A stretch of 64,000 bases of DNA from Cyanophora paradoxa CCMP329 (lineage: Eukaryota; Plantae; Glaucophyta). The position numbers were made by a program, and so were the translations under genes. Positions within the stretch are counted from its first letter, which is position 1. Each line of letters starts with the position of its first letter. The DNA lies in NCBI GenBank assembly GCA_004431415.1, contig QPMI01000138.1, forward strand, positions 159,907 to 223,906, written 5' to 3'. This document shows positions 24,801 to 37,824 of the stretch, in pieces. Under the pieces are notes generated by a model. That model was not told the origin of the DNA, did not search any database, and saw only the letters and a list, made by a program, of their open reading frames with translations.

Positions 24801-27274
24801 CGACGGCGTCGGGGGGTACGTGGTCGTGGCATGCCTGCGCGGCGCACGCCAGGATTGACGTCACCTCTGCGGCGCGCGCGCTCTTAGCCCCAGACGAGCA
24901 AGGGGGGCGGGGCGGGGGTAGAACGGGAGGGGTACGGCGGGCGGACCGTTTTGGTGGGGCTGGAGGTAGCGCTGGACGTAGGGGTACAGGTTGAGGACGA
25001 TGAGCTGGTGCGTGGCCACCATCCGCGACACCAGCTGCAGCATCATGAGCCGAACCTGCGGCCGGCGGGCCGGCCGGCGTCAGCCCCGTCCTCGATCGGC
25101 GCAGAGAGCCGGGCGGGCCCCCGAGGGGTCCCAACCAGGGGCCACCGCACCTCGAACCGCTCGTTGCAGCCGCGCAGCTTTCCGAAGAGCTTCTCAGTGA
25201 AGCCTGCGGCGGGGCGGGGGGCTCAGGAGCCGGCTGGCGGGGCGGGCGGGGCGGGCGGGCGGACCCTGTGGGTCGTGGATGAGGTGGAGGGCGTGGAAGG
25301 TCGGCGCCGCCTTGGCCCGCTGGCCCTTCTTCACCTGCACGCGCCCCCGGCCCCGGGCGTCACGCCGGCGTCGTCGGCGCGCCGGGTCGGGCGGGCGAGC
25401 TCGCCGCGCCTGCTTCAGGGCGCGCTGGATCTTCTTCTGCTTCTTCTTCTTGTTGCGGCTCGCCACGTGCGTCGCGTGGAAGATGTCTCGCGCCGTGGGC
25501 GCCAGCTTTGCCTGCCGCCCGCCCCTGTGAGCGGCCAGGGCGCCCGCCCGCCGAGCGGCCGGCCCCCCGCGCACCGCGTCGTCGCTGTCGCTGCCGCTGC
25601 CGCTCCCGTCCGAGTCGTCGTCGCCCTTCTTCCGCTTGTTCGTGAGGAAGAACTGCGTGCGCCGGGAGGCTCGCTCAGCCGGCGGTCCGGCGCCGGCCGG
25701 CGGGCGGGGCGGGGCGGGAGAAGAGAGGGCCAAGCGCGCCTGCAGGGCGGCCACGAGGATCTTGGTCACGTTGGAAAAGCACGCCGTGCTGATCACGTTC
25801 ACCGTCTTCGCGTCGTCCCTGCGCGCGCAGGCCGGTCGGTCGCATGGATGCGAGCCGGGGCCGCGGAGGCGATGGGCTGGCTGGCTTAGAGTGAATGTCG
25901 GTGTATGATAAGTCACACGCTGCCCCACCGAGCAGGGGCGCGTGCGTGCCATACGGCCGTTCCCTCTGCCCTCGTTGGAAATAAGAGGGGGGCGCCGCGC
26001 GGGCGACCCGCCCCTCCACAATTCGAGGGCGCAGCTAAGACCTAAGCCCGCTTAAGAGCCTATGAACGGAATGTCGGTGTATGATAAGTCACACGCTGCC
26101 CCACCGAGCAGGGGCGCGTGCGTGCCATACGGCCGTTCCCTCTGCCCTCGTTGGAAATAAGAGGGGGGCGCCGCGGGGGCGACCCGCCCCTCCACAATTC
26201 GAGGGCGCAGCTAAGACCTAAGCCCGCTTAAGAGCCTATGAACGGAATGTCGGTGTATGATAAGTCACACGCTGCCCCACCGAGCAGGGGCGCGTGCGTG
26301 CCATACGGCCGTTCCCTCTGCCCTCGTTGGAAATAAGAGGGGGGCGCCGCGGGGGCGACCCGCCCCTCCACAATTCGAGGGCGCAGCTAAGCCCCACCGC
26401 CCATGCCCCCACGCCCCGCCCGCGATCAAATCGCAGATCAAATCGCACCAGATCTTCTTGCGGTAGAGCTCAATCATGACGTCGAGGGACTTCTTGGCGG
26501 CCTGCTGGCACGGGTCCTGCAGCATCGTGTACATGAAGTTCTGCAGCGTCTTGTTCACTTTGTTCTCTGCGCGCGTGCGTGCGTCAGGCGCCGGCGGGCG
26601 GCGCGGCGCGGCGCGGCGCGGCGCGGAGCGGGGCCTAGGGGCGCGGGCGCCGCTGCGCGTGTGTGTGGCTGGCTCGCACCCTTGTGCTTCTGGTTCATCG
26701 TCTTTATGTCGTTGACGATGTGGAGGAAGAGCTGCTGCCGGAGGGCCTTGTCCTTGCAGCGGAAGAGCTTGAAGAAGAGGGAGAGGACGCTGCGGCGGCG
26801 GTCGCACGGCGCCGGCGGCGGCGGCGGCGCGGGCGGCGCGCGGGGCGCCCGCGCACTTGGCGACGGGGATGAGGTTGCGGTTGCGCATGAGGATGAGTGC
26901 CTGGACGAGGGTGCGCCGCAGGTCCGGGTGCAGCACGGCGTAGTGCTCCTCAAGCAGCGCCATGATCTCGTTCGGGAAGCCCGCGAGCTCCTTCGGGTAG
27001 CATAGCGTGACCTGCGGCGCCCGGGCGGCGCGATCGGCGCGTACGTGAGCGCCCCGGCGCGAGCGGGAGCGCCGGCCGAGCGGGCGAGGGGGGCGAGCCG
27101 AACCTGAGACAGGAACGATACCAGCTCGCCGAAGCCTTTCGTCTCCTTGCTCGGCGCGAGCTTGAAGATCTGGAGCTGCGAGTCGAAGTGGCGGAGCTGG
27201 AGCTCGAACTCTTCCTTGTACGCCGGGGGGTCCCTCTTACACAGGTTCTGAAGCTGAAGCAGGTCCAGCGCCAT
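21880..27274 (-). CDS. SDA1: Protein SDA1 homolog (60S ribosome biogenesis/export)
   Basis: [112 protein letters not shown]. Acidic tract and basic C-terminus ([11 protein letters not shown]). Confidence 0.95.
23903..24739. repeat. Intronic tandem array, 176-bp unit, ~4.75 copies
   Basis: GTCGGTGTATGATAAG recurs at 23903, 24079, 24255, 24431 and 24607 (exact 176-bp period); units are nearly identical. Confidence 0.97.
25893..26391. repeat. Intronic tandem array, same 176-bp unit, ~2.8 copies
   Basis: Unit starts at 25897, 26073 and 26249. Confidence 0.97.
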
Positions 27275-27754
27275 GGCTGCTGCTGCCGCTCACGCGGGCC
27301 TTCGCCTCGCGGTCCGACAGTGGCCGCGATCAGACGGGATCGCGCTAATTGAACCGCTCCGCCGAATCGTTGAACAGGGCACGATCAGATTAGCAGCGCG
27401 AACGGGCTGGCAGGTCAGTGGCGGCGAGGGACGACGATGAGATTGTACCCCTCTCGAGCAGCGGATAAGCCTTTCTGCGCTCCGCTGGCTTGTGTACGTA
27501 GCTAATCAACATCCGTCACATTCCCTAGCGCTGCGCCGAGCGTCATCGACTCGTCACCGGTCGTAGCGAATAGCTAAGGGCCCGAGACGCGAGCACCGAA
27601 GCCGTCGTTGACGCAAGATGCCGTAGAACGCCATCTGAAGCGAAACGACCGGAGCAGGCTCTTGATCAGAGCGTCAATGGCGATGCCTTAGCGCTTCACG
27701 TGTTCGCGAGTAGGCGCCCGCCGCCAGCTTCTGGAAGTGAAGCCGTCTTCTTTC

Positions 27755-30700
27755 ATGGCTTCTATCGCTGCGGCGAACACCGCCTCTGAAGAGGAGGTGT
27801 CTTTGGTCCGCCGGCTGGTTCCAAGGTCGGCCCGCCCGCCCCGTGGCGCAGCGGCTGCCTTCTCAGTGATCCGGCCTGCAGAACGATAGTGGATCATGTT
27901 CTGCGCTCCCGACGCCGGCCTGCGGCCCGCGCCGAGCCTGGCGCCCCGGCGGTGCCGCCGCCAGGCGGTGATGGTGCGGTGCCGGGGGAGGACGCGCCGG
28001 TCGTCGGCGTTCTCCTTCTCCTCGACATCTCCGGTGCGCGCCGGCGCCGGCCCGCACCGCACCGCACCGCCTCGTCCCACCCGCGCGCCTGGCGCTGATC
28101 CCCCCGCCCCGCACGCAGGCTTCTCTGGTCCGCGTTGCCCGCCGCCGCCGCGCGCGCCCCCGAGCTCCGCCCTGCCGATCTGATCCGCGCGCGGCGCAGT
28201 GCTGTGCGAGAAGGCGTCGACAAACGAGGGGCTGATGGAGGAGCTCTGCACGGTCCGCCGCCCCTGCCCTCTCGCCCCTCGCCCCCGCCCCGCCCCGCCC
28301 CGCCCCGCCCCGCCCCGCCCGCTCCGCCCCGAGCGCCGCCCCCCACGCCGCACCGCCTCAGGTCATCAACGGGGCCTTCTCGAAGGAGATCGAGGTGCAT
28401 TCCTTGCGGCGCGCGGGCGGGCGGGATCGAATTCCCCACCGGGACTCACGGGGCCGCCGGGCCGGCCGGGACAGATCGTGAACCAGTACGGAGGCGACGT
28501 TCTCTGCTTTCTCGGGGACGGTCCGGCCCCGCCCCGCCGCGCCCCGTCTCGTCTGACCCCTCGCAGGCCTGCTGGTGTTCTGGCCGCTCCAGGGGGGCCC
28601 CGGGGACGGCGAACACGCCTCGGAGCACGATCTGGACAAGCGGCGGGGCAGCGTTGCCTCGGAGGGGGCCGGCGGGGCGGTCTCCCCCGCGCCGCCGGAT
28701 GGACCGGCGGGGCCGGGCCCCCCCGTCCCGCACGAGCCGCTGAAGAAGAAGCGCTCGCTGGGGTCGGCGCTGATGTCCCTCCCGCGCTCCGTCTCGCGCG
28801 CGCTGCGCTCCGCCTCCATCGTCAGCCGCTCGAGCGCCGGCACGCCCCGCTCGCCGGCCTCGCTCGCCGACGAGCAGCAGCTGCTGCCGCTGGCGCCGCA
28901 CCAGCTCCCCGTGGCGCCGGGCGCGCCGCACTCGCTGCGGGCGCGCATGGCGGCGCTGGCGGCGCGGGCGGCCCAGTGCGGCCTGCACGTACAGGAGGTC
29001 TTCTCCCAGGCCTGCGTCGGCATGGGCGCGCGCGCCCCTCCCCTCCTTCCGACCGAGCTGCGATGAGCCTCGGCCGCAGGGCGGGACATGAAGCTGCGGG
29101 TGGCGGTGGCGGCGGGCGAGTTCAGCGAGTACTTCGTGGGCACGGGCGGCGCGACGAGCGCGCCGGGCGGGGCGGTCGAGCGGCCGCTGCTGGACGCCAA
29201 CGGGCGGCTCGTGCCGGGCCGCATGGTCCACTTCCTCGCCGGGCCCGCCATCGCCGAGGCCGGCGACGCCCTCGGGGTCATCAAGCCGTGCGCGCGGCCT
29301 CGCCCGCCGGGCCGCCCGCCCCGCCCGCCCCGCAGCCTCGCAGCCTCGCAGCCTCGTGACCGGGTCGGGTCGGGGCGGGGCGGGGCGGGGCGGCAGGGGC
29401 GAGGTGGCCGTCTGCGGCTCGGCGCTGCGCTGGCTGCCCCCGGGGGCCGTCCTCCCCGCGGCGCCCGCCGCAAGAGCGGCGCATTGTGCGCCCCGCCCCG
29501 CCCCGTGCCCCGCCCGCTCCCTCGCGAGCCGCGGACCCCGCGTGACGACGTCTTCGGCGCAGCGACTCGGAGGAGCCGAGCGCCCCGGCGTCGGCGAGGG
29601 GCCTGCCCCGCCAGGGCTCCTTCGAGGCGCGCGCGCGCACCCCCTCCGCACCGCCGGCCCCTCGCACCGCCGCCGCCGTCTGACCGTCGCCGCAGGCGGG
29701 CCCGGAGAACCTGCAGGCGCGCGCTGCCGTCGCGACGTCTCCCGCCGCCCCCCGCGTGACCGCGGCGCAGGTGGCGCACCCGAGCGTGAAGGAGGCGCTG
29801 GGCGACTTCGCCGCCCGCTGCTCCGGCTCCGCCCTCTCCTCCCGACGCGCGCCCCGCCCCGCCCCCCGCCGCCCCCGCCGCTCCCGAGCGCCCGCCCCGC
29901 TCACCCACGCACAGGCGGGAGCGTCGTGGCGGCGGCGGCGCCGCCGGAGGAGCTGACGCCGGCCGAGGAGGAGGCCGTCGCCCTCTACGTGCCGTACACG
30001 GTCCGCCCAGCCTCTCTCCTTTCGAGCTTCCCGCGCGCCCGCTGCGCGCCCCCGAGCGTCCTGGCCGCAGGTGCGGGCGCGGCTGGAGGAGATGCGGGAC
30101 TGGGCGGCCGGCTCGGGCGCGGGCGCCTCTGCCTTCGACCCGACCCGCCTTCTCTCTGAGTTCCGCGTCACCTCCGTCCTCTTCGCCTCGCTGGAGGGCA
30201 TGCGCGCCCTCGCCGGCGACGTCCAGCGCGCCGCCCGCACCCTCCAGGCCCCCACCCGCGCACCCCACCGGCCCGGGCCCCCTCGCTCCCCTCTCTGACG
30301 GCGGCGGCGCAGGCGGCGCTGTACGCGCACGAGGGGAGCCTCCACCAGCTCGTCAGGGACGACAAGGCACGCCCGCCCCCGAAGAAGCATTTAGAGCCCG
30401 AGCTCAGCCGAGCCTTAGCCTAGGAAGCCGCCAGCCCCGCCCCGCCCCTAGAGGCGAGGGTGCGCAAGCTGAGGAGGGGCGGCGGGGGGCGGGGGCGCAG
30501 GGCCTGGTCTTCATCGGGGTCTTCGGGCTGTGGCCCGTCGCCCACGAGGACGACGCCCCCCGCGCCGTCGCCTGCGGTGCTTTACTTCGAGCCGCCCCCC
30601 GCCGCTCCTTCTTCTCAGCGGGCGCTGCGCTGGCCCGGCAGCGCTGGCGCTGCGGCGGGCGATGGCGGGGCAGGGCGTGGCGGCGCACGTCGGCATCACC

Positions 30701-33700
30701 ACGGGCCTCGTCTTCTCCACCTTCGTCGGCTGCCCCGAGCGGCGCGCCCGCTCGGCTCTACTTTTCCTGCCCCGGCCAGAGCCTTGCTGACGCCGGCCGC
30801 CCGCCTGCGCGCAGGTGCTCCTTCTCGGTCTTCGGGACCGTCGTGAACAGGGCCGGTGCGAGGCGTCCGCGCTCCGCTCACCCGCCACCCCTCTGAGCGC
30901 CGCGGCGGGCGCAGCGCGGCTGATGGCGAAGTCGTGCGGGGAGGTCTTCGTGGACCAGCGGACGCACGAGGCGGCGCGAGCTCGCTTCCGCTTCGAGCAC
31001 GCCGGCGACTTCGCGCTCAAGGGCGTCGACGGCAAGGTCCCGCTTTGCTGTTCGCTCGCTCGCTTGGCTTTCGGGCCTCGGATTTAGCGGCGGGCGGCCG
31101 GCGCGCGCGCAGGTGCCGGTCTTCAAGGTGGTGGCCCCCAGCGACCCCGCCGAGGCGGCGGCGCTCCAGCTGGCCCCGCGCGAGCCGAGCCGCAAGGCGC
31201 GCCCGCGTCCGCCGCGGAACGCGGCCGGCCGGTGCCCTCTTACGTGGGCGCAGGGGGCGCCGGAGGAGGAGGAGGTGATCATAGGGCGGGCGGGGGAGAC
31301 GGCGCGGGTCGAGGCGCTGGCGGAGTCGCTGGCGGCGGGCCCCGCGGGGGGCATCCCGACGCTGGGCGGGGAGCGCCCCCCCGCCGTCCTCTTCCTCGAG
31401 GGCCCCGCGGGGAGCGGCAAGGGCACGCTCTGCGCCCGCGCCCTGCGGCTCGCGGGGGAGGCCGGCGCGGCGGCGGCGGTGGCGGCGGGGCTGGAGAGCC
31501 GCGCCCGGCAGGCCTTCTTCCTCTGGCGCGCCGTCGTCCGCGCGCTCTTCCCCGGCGGCCTCGCGGAGATGGCGCGGCTCCTGGGAGGCGACGAGGCGGA
31601 CGTGGCCCTGCTCCCCGCCCTCGCGCAGGCCCTCCAGCTCGAGAGGGACCGCCTCGCCCCCGCCGACTCGTACGCGCCGAAGAGCCTCCTCATGGGCGAC
31701 GCCTTCGCCGTCGAGTCCACCCCGATCCAGGCCCGCCCGCCCGCCCGCCCGCCCGCCTGTCTTGCTTGGCCTGACGCCTCCGGCACGCAGCCCTTTGCAC
31801 CGAACGGCGACGCTGCAGCGCCGAGGGCCTCGGAGAGGGCGCCCGAGGCGGAGCGACCGAAGGCGGTCCAGTGGGTGCAGGGCCCGCTGGGCGATGGCCC
31901 CGCCCCCGCCTCGCTCGAGCCGGCGGCGTCCAACGGGAACGGGAACGGGAACGGGGAGACGCCCGGGCGGCCGGCGGCGGAGGGCGCGGCGGCCGGCGGC
32001 GGCGGCGGCGGCAAGGGGGCGGCCGCGGCCCGGTGGAAAGCGCTGCGGGGCCGCCTCCTCACGCAGGGCGCCGATGCGGCGGCGGCCGCCCCCGCCGTCG
32101 CCGCTGACGCTGACAAGGCCGTCAAGGTGGGACCCCAACCGGCCCCGCCTCTTTTCTTCCTGTTCCTTGTACCCCTGATTCCGTCGGGGCGGGCGACCAG
32201 GCCGTGGACGCGCGGGCGCCCGAGCCGACGAATGGGGCGCCGCCGGAGCACGCGGCCGCGGCCCCCGGGGGCGGATTCCCCCTCTTCAAGCGGGGGGGTA
32301 CGTGGAACTCGGTCCTCAAGCAGCTCAAGGTGGCCCCGAACCGCAACCGCCTCCGCGGTGCGACCTTGTACCCCGCACTCCCCGCTCGCCGTTTTTTGAC
32401 TCGTACCCCACCACCTCAGAGGAGGGCACGGCGAACGCGCTGCGGGCGCTGATCGCGAAGCTGGTGGTCAGGCGGGCGGAGACAGGCGGGCCCGTCCTCA
32501 TCGTCCTGAAGGGTGCACGGCCCCCGTACCCTTCCCCCCCCCCCCCCCCCCCGCTTCCTTCCCCTCCCCCTGACTTCTCCCGCCCAGACATGCACTATGC
32601 GGACTCGCAGAGCTGGGGTACGCTGGCGGCGCTGGCGGAGCGGCTGGCGGGCGCGGGGCCCCGCCGCGCGGCCGTCCTGGCGACGAGCCGCCCGCTGGCG
32701 CCGGGGACCGTCGCCGCGAAGCTCGCGGCGGCGCTGCAGCGCGACGCGGCCCGCTGCGAGACCCTCCCCCTGGGGCCCATGTCCGAGGCGCGCCATGTAA
32801 CCCCCTCCCCGAACTCCATCCCCCTAACTCTTCCGCCCAGGAGGAGGTGGAGCTGCTGGTGTGCGCGGCGGTGAGGGGCGAGCGGCTGCCGCGCGTCCTG
32901 CGGGACTTCATCGTCGCCCAGAGCGGTCCGCGCCGATCCTAAGAATAGCAGAGCGAGGCGAGGCGAGGCGAGGCGGCTGACTGGAGCCGCCGGGGGCGGG
33001 GGCGGCCGGGGTCGCAGAGTCGCTGCCCTCCGTCGCGGTGGACCTCGCGCGCTCCCTCCTCGACGACGGCACCATCGAGGCCCGGACGCCCCCTCTCCGC
33101 CCCGCCTGCTGCCCTTCTGAGGCGCCGGGGCGGCAGGTGGACGGCGAGGGAGAGGTGCACGTCCGCAAGGCCCTTCGCAAGGTGCGCCCCCAGCGCCCGC
33201 CCGGCCCGGCCCGCCCGCCCCGCTTCTGGGCCCGAGCGAGCGAGGCGGGGCCGCAGGTGAAGCCGTCGGACGCGGCGCGGGCGTCCCTCGTCGCCAAGCT
33301 CGACCGCCTCACCCCGGGCCAGGCCCGCCCCCCTCCCCGCCCCCCTTCCGACGACGACGACGGCGAGGGCGAGGGCGCTGAGGGCGGCCCCCGCGCAGGC
33401 GATGACGCTGAAGCTCGCGTCGGTGGCCGGCGTCCGCTTCTCCGCCCGCGAGCTCCTCGCCATGCACCCGCAGGCCCGCCCCGCCCCGCCCCGCCCCGGG
33501 CCTCGCTCCGAGCCGCGGGGCGGCGCAGGAGGCGCAGGTGGAGCGGGACGTGGCCGCCCTCGTCCGCCAGGGCCACCTCGTGCGGGCCCTCCGCCCTGGA
33601 CCTAGGCCTCCGCCCTGGCCCGCCCCTCGCTCACCCACCCTCGCCCAGGGCCACGTCCTCGCGCACCACCACGGCGGGGCGGAGGGCGGCGGCCGGGGCT

Positions 33701-36700
33701 CCCCGGGGCACGACGGGGACGAGTACGAGTTCCGCCAGCCCGCCATGCAGGTCCGCCCGCCCTCCGAAGCAAAGCCGAGGCGCGAGCGCCGTCCCTCGGG
33801 TCCGAGCGCCGGCGGGGCGGGGCCGGGGCGCGCAGGAGGTGGTGTACAGCCTGATGCCGGTGACGGAGCGGCGGGCGCTACACCTCACCCTCGCCGCGTT
33901 CCACGAGGCCCGCCTGAAGGAGAGGGGGCCCAAGGGCGGCGCCGAGGGGCACGAGGAGGAGGGGGAGGCGGAGGAGGAGGCGGTGCGCTCGTGTACCCCC
34001 CTCGGGCCCCTCGCCCCCTCTGAGGGGGCGCAGCTGGGGGAGGAGGCGGCTTCTGTGCTGGCGCACCACTTCGCCGCGGCCGGCGAGCCCGAGCGCGCGC
34101 GGTGCGCGCACCTCCCGAGCCCAACGGAGAGGTTGCGCTTCTCACCCGAGGGCCCCGCCCGCAGGCCGCACCTCGAGGTGTGCGCCGCGGCCGCCTACGC
34201 TGCCCACGCCGACCTCGAGGTACTACCCCCCAGCGGAACCGCCCCCACCCCATCGACCGAACCGGCGGCGGCCGCAGGCGGCGCGGCTGTACGAGGACCT
34301 GGTGAGGCTGTACCCCTCGGCGCCGGCCCTGATGCGGGCGCGCTGGTTCCGCTTCCGCGCCGACCTCTCCGCTCGCATGGAGTGCGCCCCGCCCCTTTCT
34401 TCTCCTATGCTATACCCCCCATGCGCCTCGCCTCACCCGGGGTACAGGATGCACAAGGAGGCGGTGGAGCTCGCGCTGAGGGGGCTGGAGGTCCTCGGGA
34501 GGCCCGTACCCAGGCGAGCCGCCCCGCCCCGCCCCTCCCGCCCCCCGTCCGCCCCGCTGCCAATCGAACGGGGCCGGGCGGGGCGGGGCCCGCCGGCAGC
34601 TCGCGGCTGCTGCAGCGCGCCTCGGTCTCCTGGCGCCTCTTCCGCTTCTCCCTGCTCGGGCCCCGCCGGCCCCCTCCCGCGCCCGCCTCCGCCGCCGCCG
34701 CCACCGCCGCCGCCTCCCGATCCGAGCGGGTGCTGGCCCGCGCCCTTGTTCCCCCATGTCTCGCCCTCGCCCATCGCCGCCCTTGCAGGATGGGGAGGCG
34801 TTCCTCCTGCTCAACGCGATGACCTTCTCCGCCTACAGCACCGCCCGCGGCGCCCTCGACGGTCCTTCACGCCCCCTCAGCTTAGCTCGTCGCGCGCGCA
34901 CCTTTCTTCTTCTGAGGGCGGCGGGCGCAGTGTACAGCGTGTGCCGGCAGGCCGGCATCGCGGCGGGGCGCGGCTGCCCGCGGGGAGCGAGGCCGCCGCC
35001 ATCGGGGCCGCCCGCGTCGCCCAGGCCCGCCCCGCCCGCCGGCCTCCCGTCCACCCCGGGCCCCTCCCGGCCCCGCCGACGCCGACGCCGACGCGCAGGT
35101 GTACGGGATGCTGGGCCGGCGCGAGGCGGTGGCGCGGTGGGCGGCGGCGGCGGAGGCGGCGGCCTCCGAGGCCGACTCGCCCCCCGCCTGGGACGCCCTC
35201 GCCACCTTCCTCGGCGACGCCCTCGTCCGATCCGCCGGTTCGACTCCGGCCGGGGCCGCTTTTCTTTTCTGCTCCGGCCGGCCCTCACGCCCCAGCAGAG
35301 CCCGAGGCGGCGTCGGAGGCGCTGGCGGCGTGGGCGGACGTCTGCGCCGGCCACCGCACCAAGAACCGCCTCGTCATGGCCCGCACCCCTCCACTCCCTC
35401 CCGTACCCCCCGCCAACTCCTCTCCCCCCAGGTGTGCCTGTACCGGGTGGTCCTCGCCCTCCGCGCCTCCGCCTCCGTCGCCTCCCCCGGGGGGGTACCC
35501 GCCCTCCTCGCTGAGCTCCAGGTACCCCTTCGTCGCATCCCCCCCCCCCCCCGCCGTTGACCCGTACCCCTTCAGGCTGTGCTGGACGCGGCGGCGAAGG
35601 ACAGCGAGCTCCTCGACGACCTGCACCTGGTACCCCCTCCCCTCCTCCCCGCCTCCCCGCCGGGCCTGACGGGGCGGGCAGACGCTGGGGCACGCGGCGG
35701 GGGCGGCGCTGCGGCTGCTTCTGGGGGACCCCGCGGCGGCCTGCGGCCTCCTGGAGGCGCACCTCGCCCGCGGCCGCAGGTCCGCCCCCCTCCCCCTCCT
35801 CTTCGGCTTCGCCCGCCGAGGGCCCGTCTCCCCGGTCCGCAGCGTCCCCCAGTCCTCGCCCCCCCTCTACTGCATCCTCGGCGCCGTCCATGCCGAGGTC
35901 CGCGTACCCCCCACCCCTCCCCGCCCCGCCTTTTTTTCTTTTCTCACGAGCTCCGGGGCCAGGCGCTGCTTCGGTCGGCGGGCCCCGCGGCGCGCGCCTG
36001 CGACGGCCGCCCCGCCGCCCGCGTTGCCCTCGACGCCGCCGCCGCCGCCGCCGCCGCGGGCGGCGCGCGCCGCGCGGTGCGCCCCGCCCTCCTGCCCGCT
36101 CGCGCCTGGGCTGACTGGCTTGGCAGGTGGGCCTGGCCTCCGACTTCGCGCCGGGGCCCTCCTCGCTCTCTACCTCGCCCTGCTGGCCGCCCCTCCTCCT
36201 CCTCCCCTACCACCCGCTCGCCCTCCCCGCCTCCCTGCTCCTACCCGCCTGCCTCCCGCCCCCCGGCGAGCCCTCGCCCGCCCGCCCCGCCGCGCTCGCC
36301 GCCGCCGCGCCGGCCCTCCGCCGCTCCTCCCTCGCCATGGGCGCCGCCGAGCACGCGCCGGCGGCGCCGCCGACAGAGGCGGAGCTGCGGGTCGGCCTCC
36401 TCGCCGCCTGCCGCCGCCTCGAGCGCGCCGGCGCGCGGGACGCCCGCGCGCTGCGGCGCACGGCGGCCGGCCTCGCGCGCGCCGCGGAGGGCCGCCCCGA
36501 GGCCGCCGCCGCGCTCTTCGCGCGGGCGGCCCGCGAGGCGGCCGGGGCGCGCGAGGCCCGCGGGGCGGCGCTCGCGCTGGCGCTGCAGGCGGCGCACACG
36601 CGGGGCGCCGCGCGCCGGGGCCCGCTGCTCGCCGCCGCGCGGGCGGCGGCGGAGGCGGCGGGGGATGCCGCCCTCGCCCGCGCCGCCGCCCGCATGGCCG

Positions 36701-36726
36701 AGCTCAGCCCCGCCGCCCCCCTCTGA
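27755..36726 (+). CDS. Soluble adenylyl cyclase (ADCY10)-like protein: two class III cyclase domains + STAND/AAA P-loop + TPR-like helical tail
   Basis: C1: LLLLDISG|FS, IVNQYGGDVLCFLGD|GLLVFW. C2: SEFRVTSVLF, GSLHQLVRDDK|GLVFIGVFG..AHEDDAPRAV, VGITTGLVF, FGTVVNRAARLM, FALKG. P-loop LEGPAGSGKG; Walker B VLIVLK|DMHYADSQSW; LVAKLDRLTP; YEFRQPAMQEVVYSLM. Confidence 0.88.
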
Positions 36727-37824
36727 GGCCCAGGCCGCCCCGCCCGCCCTCTCCAGCTCGGAGCGGGATTAGTTCTCCCCTGCAATTCGTTATTTATTAC
36801 GACGGTCTTCGAGGGTCGCGATCGCGCCCCCGGAACCATTATTTCGCAGAGACGTTTAGTGCAACACTAGTGTCCAATAGCAGCGGTTTGAAAGGATATA
36901 TACTTACTACTTTCGAAAGTCTTTCATAGTGTACATCTACAGATGTACATGTATACGTATACGTACATGCAACCTAATATTAATACATGCATGCGCATGC
37001 GCAACGTACCAATTTCAACTTGATGGGATTTGGGCCACAGATCTAGAGCTTCAAAGGCTTGCTTAAGCTTGTCCCAAATGATATCTCGCTTGCAATTGCG
37101 CGATGCATGATTCATATACTCAGAATATATATATGATTTGAATTCACACATGCACATAGGTACCGGTCCTATAGCTAATTGTATAATGTTAATTATATAT
37201 TAAGGTATCTATAAATGCGTTGTAGAATTCGGTACAAGCACTATAGCTGATCCTAGCTATAGGGGGGGACACAACACCGAAGCCGAAGCCAAGGGGTTCA
37301 AACGACAAGCTGAAGGGCTTCGAGCTCAACGGATGAGCTCGAGTCTCGAAAGACACAATTGAATGCTGCATCTTGGGCTGCTATGCTGTTTGTCTGCTAT
37401 GCACTGAATGTCTGATGAATGACAGCAAATTGCGCTGCCGCTGCAAAGCCGGCAGCATTCGCGAATAATCAAGAACTGAACAAGTACGTATACAATTGCA
37501 AGCCAGCGGGATCCGAGCGGACGCGAAATTCTGCACAGTTGCCAACTATGCACAATGTACAAAATAATTCCAAGTTGTCCATGCATGTGATGGTGTATAT
37601 AGGTGAAACCACTAGGTACAAACCCAAAACCGAGAAATAAATGGAGAAATTAAAGAGACAAAAAGCTGCTTCTCTACTCTAAGAATTCGAAAATCAATTA
37701 CATCGAAAGGGGTGCGCCAAGGCCCGCACGCGCAGCCACTGCACCGCCGCGATGCGGGGGCGCGCGCGCGCGCGCGCGCGCGGGACCCGGCGCGGGACTC
37801 CACGTCGGTATCGGCATCCGACGA

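Noticed and set aside
23903-26391. CRISPR array, 5S rRNA array or clear snoRNA cluster
   Set aside because: Units are identical end to end with no spacers. GCCATAC is the only 5S-like word. No convincing C/D box pair or H/ACA layout was seen on the transcribed strand.
28358-30268. Long antisense ORFs (e.g. 636 aa) and other Arg/Pro/Gly-rich ORFs in the track
   Set aside because: Shadows of GC-rich spliced genes with few stop codons; no domain motifs.
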